Shown: positions 1 to 9,304 of the stretch, piece after piece
Layout of the letters: each line of letters starts with the position of its first letter
How positions within the stretch are numbered: the first letter of the stretch is position 1
Origin: an uncultured Opitutales bacterium
GTDB taxonomy: Bacteria > Verrucomicrobiota > Verrucomicrobiia > Opitutales > JAIRKQ01
Direction of reading: 5' to 3'
Length of the DNA stretch: 64,000 nucleotides
Assembly: GCA_964577805.1 (NCBI GenBank)
Contig: CAZOAG010000001.1
Span: forward strand, 27,033 to 91,032
Made by a program: the position numbers and the translations under genes
The notes under the pieces: model-generated
Told to the model about the DNA's origin: nothing
The model's database searches: none
Seen by the model: the letters and a program-made list of their open reading frames with translations, nothing else

Positions 1-1
1 T

Positions 2-355
2 GTTCATGCGGAAGGATATCCTGCTGCGGAGATGAAACACGGGCCGATTGCATTGATTTCTGAAGAATGTCCATGTGTTTTTATTGAAACGAATAAGGAT
101 ATGCTATCGAAGACGGTATCGAATATTCAAGAGGTTAGAGCGCGCGGGGCGAAAGTAATAGCGATTGTATCGCAATCTTGTATGTTATCGTCGGATTGTG
201 TCGATGATCTGATCGTTATTCAAGATTCACATGAAGCAGTAATGCCGATATTAGCAAGTATTCCATTGCAATTGTTTGCGTATTATATTGCATTGCTGCG
301 TGGATGTGACGTTGATAAACCACGTAATTTGGCAAAATCAGTAACGGTTGAATAA
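2..355 (+). CDS. glmS: Glutamine--fructose-6-phosphate aminotransferase, C-terminal fragment (5' end outside window)
   Basis: The frame is open from the window edge. The translation ...HAEGYPAAEMKHGPIALI...DKPRNLAKSVTVE* matches the conserved SIS-domain C-terminus and the canonical ...AKSVTVE end of GlmS. Confidence 0.9.
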   Translation, partial: VHAEGYPAAEMKHGPIALISEECPCVFIETNKDMLSKTVSNIQEVRARGAKVIAIVSQSCMLSSDCVDDLIVIQDSHEAVMPILASIPLQLFAYYIALLRGCDVDKPRNLAKSVTVE

Positions 356-2923
356 ATGTTCAGATGGTTGATGATAGTCATTATATGCTGTCTGTCTTGG
401 CGGCAAGTCTCAGCGTTTGAAAATGTTACCTTAGTGCCGTTTGTTGAGGCAGAAGATCGCCTTTTGACAAAATGTGATGACTATATAAAGAATGGAAAAT
501 TGGCGTATCGTATTGGTCTGTTTTCATTGTCGCAAACATTGTTTCAACAGGCCTTGAATTGTGATTCCATTACTGAAGAAGAACATTGTTCGGCTTTACT
601 TGGACTGTCTAGTGCTTATTTAGGAAATGGTGATTGGAGCAGGTTGGCAGTTCTTAGTCATGATTTGATCGATGTTACAGAAAAATGTCATGATGATGTA
701 ATAAAAAATCGTCTGCGACTACATGCAGTTATTACGAGTGCGTTTTCTGGTGACTGGAAAAAATGTATTAAAATATTTTCACAGATCGATGATTTTCAGT
801 TGTTATCATCGGAACGATGCTGGATGTTGGCAATGAAGAGCATTATTGCCATGATAAATGGTGATATAAATAACATGTTAATGATGCAAGAAGAAGCATT
901 GATGGCAGCATCTTCTAGTAGACAATCTGCACAGATACAAGCATTCATCATGCAATTTGTTATGCAGTTGTCGTCAAAATATGATACAAGCGCATTGATC
1001 GATCAAAGCATGTCATTATGCAAAGTATATAGGTTGCAAAGAAATGGATATCCATTTGTTCGAATATGTGCTTTATTATTAAAACAAGCAGGTAGGGCTG
1101 ATGAAGCAGAATATCTTTTAAAACAACAGTTAGAAGTTTTGCCAGAAGATGATGTTCAATCATTGCTATCATTTAAATTATACCATGCTATTGTGCATGG
1201 TATGCATACAAGTGATGGTTATGCATTATTGTCGGAAATATTGCGTGCCAATATAAAGAATGAAACGAAATTTTTAGCACTAAAAATGTTTTTATCGACG
1301 GCTGAAAATAATGTACAGCGAATGGCAGCGTATGAATGTCTTTCAAAAGAAACAGTTGAGACAACGTCACGTTCTGTTTTTCATCATGTTTTATTAGCGA
1401 TGTTCAAATTGGCTGTTGATTCTGATGATTTAGTCGCTGCGGAACGTGTTATTCATAATATGGAAAATACTTTTTCTGATAAACCATTACAGAAAGACAT
1501 GTATAAAATTTTAGCATATTGTGTATGGATGCGTGATGTTAAAGATTATCGATTGATAGTGCATTATCTTGATCAAGCTAGGCAATATGCGTGTAGTATT
1601 GATGGCGAAGAAGCATGTTTGATGTCGCAAATTGGGAATGCTTTTTATCTATCATGGGCTTATGAGCTAGCTAAACATGCGTATATTGATGTTTTGCATA
1701 CAAAAGTTCATGCGATCGATTATGAAAAAATATTGTTCCAGTTGATACAGTGTGATATCAAATTGTTAGATCTTGACAGTGCAGAGGAGCATTTGTCGTT
1801 TTTTGAAAAAAAGCACGAGTCATATGGTGATTATCGTTGGCAGGCAGAATTATTATATATTAATACTAGATTAAATAACGGGCAACAGGATGTCGCGATG
1901 CGCCATTTAGATAAGTTGTTGGAGAAATATTATGGCAAGATTTCTGTGTTCTATACAATGAGATTTTATCTGTTGCAAGCATCATCATTGTTTTTAGCAC
2001 ATGACTATAACAATGCATATATTGTTGCTTCTAATATTTGTGAAATTCTGCCGGATAATAATGGTATTGATGAAATGTCATTGATAGTAAGTCAGGCATT
2101 ATTTATAAAGGGAGCTTGTGAGTTGTTTAATGACAAAGAACATGTCGCTCGGTTGACGTATAATAAATTACGTAGCTTGTATGAAAATTCTGAATCTGCC
2201 ATGTTGTCATATTTTACTGAAGCAGATTATTATTATAATCATGACGACTTTGTTCTTGTTCATGATTTGTTGATGGAATGTGCTAAGAGCGGGAGTAAAT
2301 ACTCTCCGTTTGCTTATTATCAATTGGCGAGTTATTGCCGTACGAAAGGTGTTTCATATTCAGAACAAGCAATAAGTAGTTTGTCAGATTTGATATCGCA
2401 GTATGATGGGCATGAAATAGTTTTTGCGGCAAAATTGTTGTTGGCAGACATATTGAGAGAGAATGGCCGTTTTAGTGATGCTGAAGTTATATATGATTCA
2501 TTATTGAAAGATTATCCCATGGATGTTCGGTCGAATTGCGTTGCTCTTTGTCTAGCAAAATCTGTTTTTGCACAACGTGATAATGGTGAAATTTTTATTG
2601 AACGTGCTAGAATGATACTTGAACGTTTGCATTCTACTAATGGACTGTCTCGTGATCTGAAAATCGAAATTGATGCAATGTATTGTTTTGTCCTGTACAA
2701 TATCAGATGTTATGATCAAATGAAAAATATTGCATGGGGAACGTTATTGGAATCACTTGCTGATTTTGAATCATTGACAGATAATAATATTTATTGGTTG
2801 TTGCAGATTACCAATTTATTGAGAAAAACAAATGTTTCTGTAGAAGAAAATCGTGTAGAAGACGACGCACTGAATGAAATTGTTGAAAAATTATTGTCAG
2901 TGAAAGCTGATGGCTCAATATGA
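356..2923 (+). CDS. Secreted 855-aa alpha-helical repeat (TPR-like) protein, function unknown
   Basis: Long uninterrupted ORF in an AT-rich genome. It has an N-terminal signal peptide, MFRWLMIVIICCLSWRQVSA|FEN. Its ATG abuts the glmS stop (TAAATG) and its TGA overlaps the uppP ATG (ATGA). No catalytic motif recognised. Confidence 0.6.
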   Translation: MFRWLMIVIICCLSWRQVSAFENVTLVPFVEAEDRLLTKCDDYIKNGKLAYRIGLFSLSQTLFQQALNCDSITEEEHCSALLGLSSAYLGNGDWSRLAVLSHDLIDVTEKCHDDVIKNRLRLHAVITSAFSGDWKKCIKIFSQIDDFQLLSSERCWMLAMKSIIAMINGDINNMLMMQEEALMAASSSRQSAQIQAFIMQFVMQLSSKYDTSALIDQSMSLCKVYRLQRNGYPFVRICALLLKQAGRADEAEYLLKQQLEVLPEDDVQSLLSFKLYHAIVHGMHTSDGYALLSEILRANIKNETKFLALKMFLSTAENNVQRMAAYECLSKETVETTSRSVFHHVLLAMFKLAVDSDDLVAAERVIHNMENTFSDKPLQKDMYKILAYCVWMRDVKDYRLIVHYLDQARQYACSIDGEEACLMSQIGNAFYLSWAYELAKHAYIDVLHTKVHAIDYEKILFQLIQCDIKLLDLDSAEEHLSFFEKKHESYGDYRWQAELLYINTRLNNGQQDVAMRHLDKLLEKYYGKISVFYTMRFYLLQASSLFLAHDYNNAYIVASNICEILPDNNGIDEMSLIVSQALFIKGACELFNDKEHVARLTYNKLRSLYENSESAMLSYFTEADYYYNHDDFVLVHDLLMECAKSGSKYSPFAYYQLASYCRTKGVSYSEQAISSLSDLISQYDGHEIVFAAKLLLADILRENGRFSDAEVIYDSLLKDYPMDVRSNCVALCLAKSVFAQRDNGEIFIERARMILERLHSTNGLSRDLKIEIDAMYCFVLYNIRCYDQMKNIAWGTLLESLADFESLTDNNIYWLLQITNLLRKTNVSVEENRVEDDALNEIVEKLLSVKADGSI

Positions 2924-3840
2924 AAAAATATATTGTTTGGTTAATATTGTGTTTATCTGTTGTTGGTCATGCAGAACATGATGCGATGACGATAACAGAG
3001 GCTGTGTCATTGGGTGTTGTTCAGGGGATAACAGAATATCTTCCAGTATCATCAACAGGACATTTGATTTTATTCGATGAATTGTATTCTGCCAAAGATG
3101 GGTTGTCTTGTGACAATTGTAGCGTCATAACTGATAGAGTTACGAAATCCGCAAAGGATGCTTATTTTGTGGTCATTCAATTTGGATCGATTTTGGCAGT
3201 GTTGTTATTGTATCGCCAACGATGCTATTCGATAGTAACTGGAGTATTTGGACGCAGTAGATGTGGTCGTTCTTTGTGTTGTAATTTGTTGTTGTCATTT
3301 TTCCCATCAGCAGTTGTTGGATTATGTGTAGACGGATGGTTGCAATCACGATTATATAATAAATATACTATAGCATGTGCATTGTTTGTTGGTGCTATCA
3401 TGATGTTGTTGGCAGAAAGGCACTATACTCGTAACAGTAGAAAACGTAAGCAGATGACGAGTATATCAACAATGACACCGTATAAAAGTATTACTATTGG
3501 TCTGTTACAATGTTTAGCATTAATTCCTGGGATGAGTCGTTCTATGACGACTATTTTAGGAGGATATTATGTTGGGTTAAAACGTACAGATGCTGCAGAA
3601 TATAGTTTTTTATTGGGGTTGGCAACATTGTCTGCGGCCACAGTTTATAAACTAATTTTCAATTTTAATGATTTGTTTGCGGTGATCAATGTGTCGCAAT
3701 TTTTTATTGGAATTATTGTTGCATTTGTTTTCTCTGTTATTGCCATACGGTTTTTAATAAGGTTTTTGTCAAAAAACGGTATGTCATTGTTTGCGTATTA
3801 TCGCGTGGTATTAGCTGTAATAATATTATTGTTTTTGTGA
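2920..3840 (+). CDS. uppP: Undecaprenyl-diphosphatase (BacA/UppP family)
   Basis: Contains the GVVQGITEYLPVSSTGHL motif (canonical QG.TE.LP.SSSGHL) and a polytopic membrane profile. It has an extra N-terminal hydrophobic segment and a Cys-rich inserted loop. Confidence 0.8.
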   Translation: MKKYIVWLILCLSVVGHAEHDAMTITEAVSLGVVQGITEYLPVSSTGHLILFDELYSAKDGLSCDNCSVITDRVTKSAKDAYFVVIQFGSILAVLLLYRQRCYSIVTGVFGRSRCGRSLCCNLLLSFFPSAVVGLCVDGWLQSRLYNKYTIACALFVGAIMMLLAERHYTRNSRKRKQMTSISTMTPYKSITIGLLQCLALIPGMSRSMTTILGGYYVGLKRTDAAEYSFLLGLATLSAATVYKLIFNFNDLFAVINVSQFFIGIIVAFVFSVIAIRFLIRFLSKNGMSLFAYYRVVLAVIILLFL

Positions 3841-3932
3841 GTATATTTGTTGTTTATATATCTTTTCTATAGAAAATAATCTTGCTTTTTGGTTTTGTTA
3901 TATTAACCCGTTTCTCGTAAATAGAGTGTATT

Positions 3933-4169
3933 ATGGCTAGAGTTTGCATAGTAACTGGTAAGAAACGGTCTGTTGGACGTCGTATCATTCGTAAGGGACA
4001 ATCCAAAAAGAGTGGCGGTATCGGTACACACGTAGTAAAACGCACAAAGCGTTTGTTTAAGCCAAATTTGCAACGTATTCGTGTCATGTTGCCTAGTGGG
4101 CAGGTTAAGCGCGTATGGGTGTGTGTAAAGGCAATAAAAGCAGGTTTAGTTGAGAAGGTTGTTTCGTAA
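3933..4169 (+). CDS. rpmB: 50S ribosomal protein L28
   Basis: 78 aa and basic. MARVCIVTGKK...FKPNLQ..RV is the typical L28 N-terminal and central pattern. Confidence 0.9.
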   Translation: MARVCIVTGKKRSVGRRIIRKGQSKKSGGIGTHVVKRTKRLFKPNLQRIRVMLPSGQVKRVWVCVKAIKAGLVEKVVS

Positions 4170-4192
4170 TTGTTTGGTAAGGTTTTTGCGTC

Positions 4193-4235
4193 CGACGGCA
4201 TCAAGTATGCATTTACTTGTTGTTCGTCGTTTTTT
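4193..4235 (+). terminator. Putative rho-independent terminator after rpmB
   Basis: Outer stem cgacg/cgtcg encloses inner stem caagta/tacttg and is followed by TTTTTT (4230-4235). Confidence 0.45.
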
Positions 4236-4260
4236 ATTTGTTTAACTTGGAGATGATTAT

Positions 4261-5529
4261 ATGTTGTCATTGGAGCAAATTAGAAAGAATCCAGAATTAA
4301 TAAAGTCTGGTGTGGCGAAAAAGAAATTTTCGTGCGATATTGATCGTTTTTTACAGGTTGATTCTGAACGTAGGACATTGATTTCAGAATTTGAATATTT
4401 GCGTGCAGAACAAAATGCGTCAAATGCACGTATAGCTTCCATGAAAAAGGGATCTTCTGAGTTTGCTGCTGCTATTGCTGATATGAAGACAATAGCTGCA
4501 AAAGTTAAGTTTGCTGATCAAAAAATAAAGGACGTTGAGGAAGAATGGAGGTCATTGTATCTGTCAATTCCTAATGTTCCTCATGAGTCTGTTCCTGTAG
4601 GGAAGTCGGATAAAGACAATGTTGAGGTTATGAAATGTGGTGATTTTGATAAGATTTCATCATGCGCTATCCCTCATTATGATATACCGTGGTTTCCCCG
4701 TGCGATAGATTTTCAACGTGGCGTCAAAGTGTCTGGGGCTGGGTTTCCATTTTACGTCGGTGATATGGCACGTTTGGTTCGTTCGTTATTATCGTTCTTT
4801 CTGGATGAAGCACGCGCAAATGGATATATTGAATTGATGTGCCCAATATTGGTCAATCCTTCTAGTGCGACTGCAACAGGACAATTGCCGGATAAAGAAG
4901 GCATGATGTATCACGACAATCAAGATGATTTATATTGTATTCCGACGGCTGAGGTCCCGGTGACTAACTTTTATCGTGATGAAATTTTTGAAGAAGATGA
5001 CTTGCCGATTTTTCGGTGTGGATATACTCCATGCTTTCGTAGGGAAGCTGGTAGTTGGGGAAAAGATGTGCGTGGGTTGAATCGTTTGCATCAATTTGAT
5101 AAGGTAGAATTAGTAAAATGGGTACACCCTGATGTCAGTTTTGATGAATTGGAACGGTTGCGAAGTGATGCAGAATCATTATTACAAAAGTTAGAACTGC
5201 CATATCGTGTTCTTTCGATATGTACAGGAGATATCGGATTTGCGCATGCCAAACAATATGATTTAGAAGTGTTTGCAGGTGGTCAAAAACGATGGCTAGA
5301 AGTGTCCAGTTGTAGTAATTTTACTGATTTTCAAGCACGTCGTGGTGGGATACGATATCGCTCGAAGACAGATGGTAAGTTGCATTTTGTGCATACTTTG
5401 AATGGCTCTGGATTGGCCATTCCTCGTGTTCTCGCTGCAATATTGGAAAATAATTTGCAACCAGATGGCTCTGTAAGAATACCAGATGTTATTGTTCCTT
5501 ATATGGGAAAAGAATTTTTAACATTTTAA
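4261..5529 (+). CDS. serS: Seryl-tRNA synthetase
   Basis: 422 aa. It has an N-terminal coiled-coil arm (MLSLEQIRKNPE...) and a class II core (FRREAGS.G.D.RGL.R.HQF.KVE, TLNGSGLA.PR). GGAG Shine-Dalgarno upstream. Confidence 0.92.
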   Translation: MLSLEQIRKNPELIKSGVAKKKFSCDIDRFLQVDSERRTLISEFEYLRAEQNASNARIASMKKGSSEFAAAIADMKTIAAKVKFADQKIKDVEEEWRSLYLSIPNVPHESVPVGKSDKDNVEVMKCGDFDKISSCAIPHYDIPWFPRAIDFQRGVKVSGAGFPFYVGDMARLVRSLLSFFLDEARANGYIELMCPILVNPSSATATGQLPDKEGMMYHDNQDDLYCIPTAEVPVTNFYRDEIFEEDDLPIFRCGYTPCFRREAGSWGKDVRGLNRLHQFDKVELVKWVHPDVSFDELERLRSDAESLLQKLELPYRVLSICTGDIGFAHAKQYDLEVFAGGQKRWLEVSSCSNFTDFQARRGGIRYRSKTDGKLHFVHTLNGSGLAIPRVLAAILENNLQPDGSVRIPDVIVPYMGKEFLTF

Positions 5530-5543
5530 ACATTGTAGATATT

Positions 5544-7049
5544 ATGTGTGACTCGAAGGCATGTTCAAGATGTGCGATTTCGCCGACCCGTTCAGAAAAC
5601 TTTCCTGGCTGGTATCAACAAGTTATAAAAGCTGCTGATTTGGCGGAAAATAGTCCTGTTCGTGGTTGTATGGTAATTAAGCCATGGGGATATGCTATAT
5701 GGGAGCGCATACAAAATATTTTAGATGGCATGTTAAAAGCATCCGGTCATAAGAATGTATATTTTCCATTATTTATTCCATTGAAATATTTTGAAAAAGA
5801 AGCGGAACATGTCGATGGATTTGCTAAAGAATGTGCAATTGTCACGCATACACGTTTGCAGTCAGATGGGAAGGGCGGTCTAGAGCCAACATCGAAATTG
5901 GAAGAACCATTAATTGTGCGGCCAACTTCTGAGACGATTATTGGAGAAACATTTGCTAAATGGATACATTCTTATCGTGATCTTCCAATCAAAATAAATC
6001 AATGGGCGAATGTTGTTCGTTGGGAGATGCGTGCCAGAATGTTTTTGCGTACGACAGAGTTTTTATGGCAAGAAGGACATACTGCCCATTCAACATCTGT
6101 TGAGGCAGAGTTAGAAACGAGCAACATGTTGTCATGTTATATTGATTTTGCAGAGAATTATTTGGCGATACCTGTGATTGCTGGCATGAAGACAGAGTCT
6201 GAAAAATTTCCAGGTGCGGTTGCCACATATAGTATAGAAGCAATGATGCAGGATGGCAAAGCATTGCAAGCTGGCACATCGCATTTCTTAGGACAAAATT
6301 TTTCACGTTCAGCAAATATTAAATTTGTCAATGAAGATGGTGCTCAAGATTTTGCATGGACGACATCTTGGGGTGTCAGTACCAGATTGATTGGTGGTGT
6401 TATTATGACTCATTCTGATGATAACGGATTAGTGTTGCCGCCTAACATTGCTCCTGCTCAAATAGTGATTTGCCCGATTTACAAGGATGATACACGTTCA
6501 TGTGTCATGGAATATTGTGAATCATTAAAAAAGGAATTATCGTCATTGTCATATAATAATGAGCTATTGCGTGTTGAAATTGATGATCGTGATATTCGTG
6601 GTGGAGAGAAGTCATGGGAGTTGATAAAACGTGGTGTTCCGATTCGTGTTGAGGTAGGAATGCGAGATATTGACGCTGGTTCAATTTGTTTCTTTAGACG
6701 TGATAATGGTCCAAAAGAAAGAAGTAATCTTGCGCACGATGTTTTTGTTCGAGAAGCACATGAAATATTGAATGATATTCATAATGCATTGTTTGCTCGT
6801 GCGAAACAATATCGAGACGATCGTACATGTATCGTTAATTCTAATGATGAATTATATGATTATTTTCAGCAGGATGATGCAGGGTTTGCATATTCTCATT
6901 GGTGCGGAGACCCTGATATTGAAACTCAATTGAAGAATGATCTTGGTGTGACGATACGTTGTTTGCCATTATCAGAACAAGAACCTGGTGTTTGTGCATT
7001 TACCGGTCGACCGAGCAAACAACGTGCGGTTTTTGCGCGTAGTTACTAA
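5544..7049 (+). CDS. proS: Prolyl-tRNA synthetase, short archaeal/eukaryote-like type without the INS editing domain
   Basis: Contains FPGWYQQVIKAADLAE..PVRGCMVIKPWGYAIWE and class II motifs (WANVVRWE, FLWQEGHTAH, GTSH.LGQNF). The C-terminus ends in ...RSY. The start codon is uncertain. Confidence 0.88.
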   Translation: MCDSKACSRCAISPTRSENFPGWYQQVIKAADLAENSPVRGCMVIKPWGYAIWERIQNILDGMLKASGHKNVYFPLFIPLKYFEKEAEHVDGFAKECAIVTHTRLQSDGKGGLEPTSKLEEPLIVRPTSETIIGETFAKWIHSYRDLPIKINQWANVVRWEMRARMFLRTTEFLWQEGHTAHSTSVEAELETSNMLSCYIDFAENYLAIPVIAGMKTESEKFPGAVATYSIEAMMQDGKALQAGTSHFLGQNFSRSANIKFVNEDGAQDFAWTTSWGVSTRLIGGVIMTHSDDNGLVLPPNIAPAQIVICPIYKDDTRSCVMEYCESLKKELSSLSYNNELLRVEIDDRDIRGGEKSWELIKRGVPIRVEVGMRDIDAGSICFFRRDNGPKERSNLAHDVFVREAHEILNDIHNALFARAKQYRDDRTCIVNSNDELYDYFQQDDAGFAYSHWCGDPDIETQLKNDLGVTIRCLPLSEQEPGVCAFTGRPSKQRAVFARSY

Positions 7050-7310
7050 TGTTTTAGCGTAAACATTGTGATTTGAATATTATATGACGTTATTTATGGG
7101 TCGTGCTGAGCGATAACAAAATATTTTGTAATTTCGATAAAAATGATTGTTGCTGTGTGGATTTTATCTGTTGTTCGATTATTTCTTCTTTTGAAATGGT
7201 GTATGCAGTTTGAATTGCATTTATCTGAAAATTTGTGGTTTTGATAGTGATGTTTTTGTGTTGGACTGAATTTTATTGCACAGAATATTCTTTTAATTAA
7301 GTGTTCGCGT

Positions 7311-8789
7311 ATGCAGTATGAGGCGGTTATTGGGCTAGAGGTTCATGTTCAGATAAAAACGAACACAAAATTGTTTACTGGATGTCCTTATGAATATGGA
7401 CAAGAACCAAATGTTCTGACTGATCCAGTTGTTATGGGATTGCCAGGGACATTGCCAGTAATCAATAAAGATGCTGTTATGAAGACAATCAAGGCAGGGT
7501 TAATGTTTGGATGTGACATTGCTGAAATTGCCAAATGGGATAGAAAAAATTATTTTTATCCAGATTGTCCGAAAAATTATCAAATTTCGCAGAATACAGA
7601 TCCGATATGCCGCAATGGGCATGTTGAAATCGAACTAGATGGTCCGTCACGGAATATCATGGGTGAGCATAAAAAAATAGCATTAGACCGTATTCATCTT
7701 GAAGAAGATGTTGGTAAGCTTACTCACTTCAATGATGATTCTGGTGTTGATTTTAATCGTGCTGGTGTGCCATTGATGGAAATTGTTACAAAACCAGATA
7801 TACGTTCTGCAGAAGAAGCATTTGCTTATTTGACATCGTTGCGTATGCATATGATATATGCTGGAATCTCTAATTGTGACATGGAAAAGGGTGAGATGCG
7901 GTGTGATGCGAATGTCAGTGTTCGACCAGTTGGACAGTCTGAATTTGGTACAAAAGTAGAAATTAAAAATTTGAATTCGATATCTGGTGTTCGCAATGGC
8001 ATAGATTATGAAATTCATCGCCAAATCGAAGAATTGAAAAATGGTGGAGCAATACATCAAGAAACCCGTCGTTGGGACGCGAATGCTAATACTACTACTG
8101 TTATGCGGTCGAAAGAGACAGCATTTGATTATCGATATTTTTTAGATCCTGATTTGATGCCAGTAAAAATATCAGAATCAACAAAGAAAGAAATATTGGA
8201 TGAATTGCCGGAATTGCCATTTAAAAAACAAGAACGGTTCTTTTCCGAATATGATCTGCCGTATACTATTACTTCAGTAATCTGTCCGAAATTATCACTG
8301 AGTACGTTGTTTGAAGATACAGTAAAGATTTGTAATAATCCAAGGGCAATAGCCAATATCATTTCTAATGATTTATTGCGAGAATTAGCAACATTAAAAA
8401 GGCCAGAGAATGGTGATCAAGTTTCGGAAGATGATGATATGAATGACCTTCGTATTTCTCCTGAGCAATTGGCAGAATTGGTAAAAATGATAGACGATGG
8501 TATTATTTCAAAATCGATTGCGCAGACAGTATTTGTTGACATGTTCCATTCTGGAAAATTTGCCAAACAAATTGTTAATGAAAAAGGATTGAGCAGTAAC
8601 CTCGCTGATGATGTATTGAAAGAGGCGTGTAAAGTCGCTATAGAAAATAATCCGCGAGCAGTGAATGAATTTCTTGGTGGTAAGGATGTTGCTATCAATG
8701 CGATCAAAGGTGCTGTCATGAAAGCTACCAAGGGAAAAGGAAATCCTGTAGCTATTGATAAATTATTGCGCGAATTACTGGTACAATGA
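7311..8789 (+). CDS. gatB: Asp/Glu-tRNA amidotransferase subunit B
   Basis: Starts MQYEAVIGLEVHVQ, contains the DANVSVRP motif, and has a YqeY-like C-terminal tail. gatC and gatA are not adjacent. Confidence 0.92.
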   Translation: MQYEAVIGLEVHVQIKTNTKLFTGCPYEYGQEPNVLTDPVVMGLPGTLPVINKDAVMKTIKAGLMFGCDIAEIAKWDRKNYFYPDCPKNYQISQNTDPICRNGHVEIELDGPSRNIMGEHKKIALDRIHLEEDVGKLTHFNDDSGVDFNRAGVPLMEIVTKPDIRSAEEAFAYLTSLRMHMIYAGISNCDMEKGEMRCDANVSVRPVGQSEFGTKVEIKNLNSISGVRNGIDYEIHRQIEELKNGGAIHQETRRWDANANTTTVMRSKETAFDYRYFLDPDLMPVKISESTKKEILDELPELPFKKQERFFSEYDLPYTITSVICPKLSLSTLFEDTVKICNNPRAIANIISNDLLRELATLKRPENGDQVSEDDDMNDLRISPEQLAELVKMIDDGIISKSIAQTVFVDMFHSGKFAKQIVNEKGLSSNLADDVLKEACKVAIENNPRAVNEFLGGKDVAINAIKGAVMKATKGKGNPVAIDKLLRELLVQ

Positions 8790-8818
8790 TATTTCCAATA
8801 TTATAAAATGTTTACAGG

Positions 8819-8863
8819 CGAGAAATAGCGATAGGATGTATTGGTCATTATTTCTCGTTTTTT
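8819..8863 (+). terminator. Putative rho-independent terminator after gatB
   Basis: Stem cgagaaata (8819-8827) pairs with tatttctcg (8849-8857) and is followed by TTTTTT. The loop is long (21 nt). Confidence 0.45.
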
Positions 8864-9112
8864 CATTTTGTTAGAAGTTGTTTGAATGTTTCCGTGGATG
8901 GTGTTTAGTGTGAAAACGACTATTGAGAAACGTATGTTGATCAAATTGTGGCAAGAAGTAGATTTTTGAAATCCTTAACATATTTAACATGTTTTAGAAG
9001 ACATTGATCGATGTTTGTATGATCTAGCAATATCAACGTTCTGAAGTTTAGAATTTCAACTGTGTTTTAAAGTGCCTTGTTGGAAAACTTTGCGCATGGC
9101 TAACAAAAAATA

Positions 9113-9187
9113 TGGCGCCCCCACCCAGACTCGAACTGAGATTAACGGTTTAGGAAACCGCGGTTCTATCCTTTGAACTATGAGGAC
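9113..9187 (-). tRNA. tRNA-Arg (anticodon CCU)
   Basis: The reverse complement folds by hand into a 75-nt cloverleaf: acceptor GTCCTCA/TGGGGGC (two G-U pairs), D arm GTTC/GAAC, anticodon stem GCGGT/ACCGT with loop TTCCTAA, T arm CTCAG-TTCGAGT-CTGGG, and an encoded CCA. Confidence 0.85.
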
Positions 9188-9304
9188 ATTGCCGATGAAT
9201 GGAACGATTGAAATTTATAATTTGTTGTAAAGCATGAAAGCGAAAAATTTGTTGTTATAAAATTTTGTTTTCACTTTGTGTTACTTTTTGCATAGTGCGC
9301 TGAA

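Noticed and set aside
3854..4270. 138-aa minus-strand ORF covering rpmB
   Set aside because: It is antisense to an unmistakable L28 gene, and its sequence has no family resemblance.
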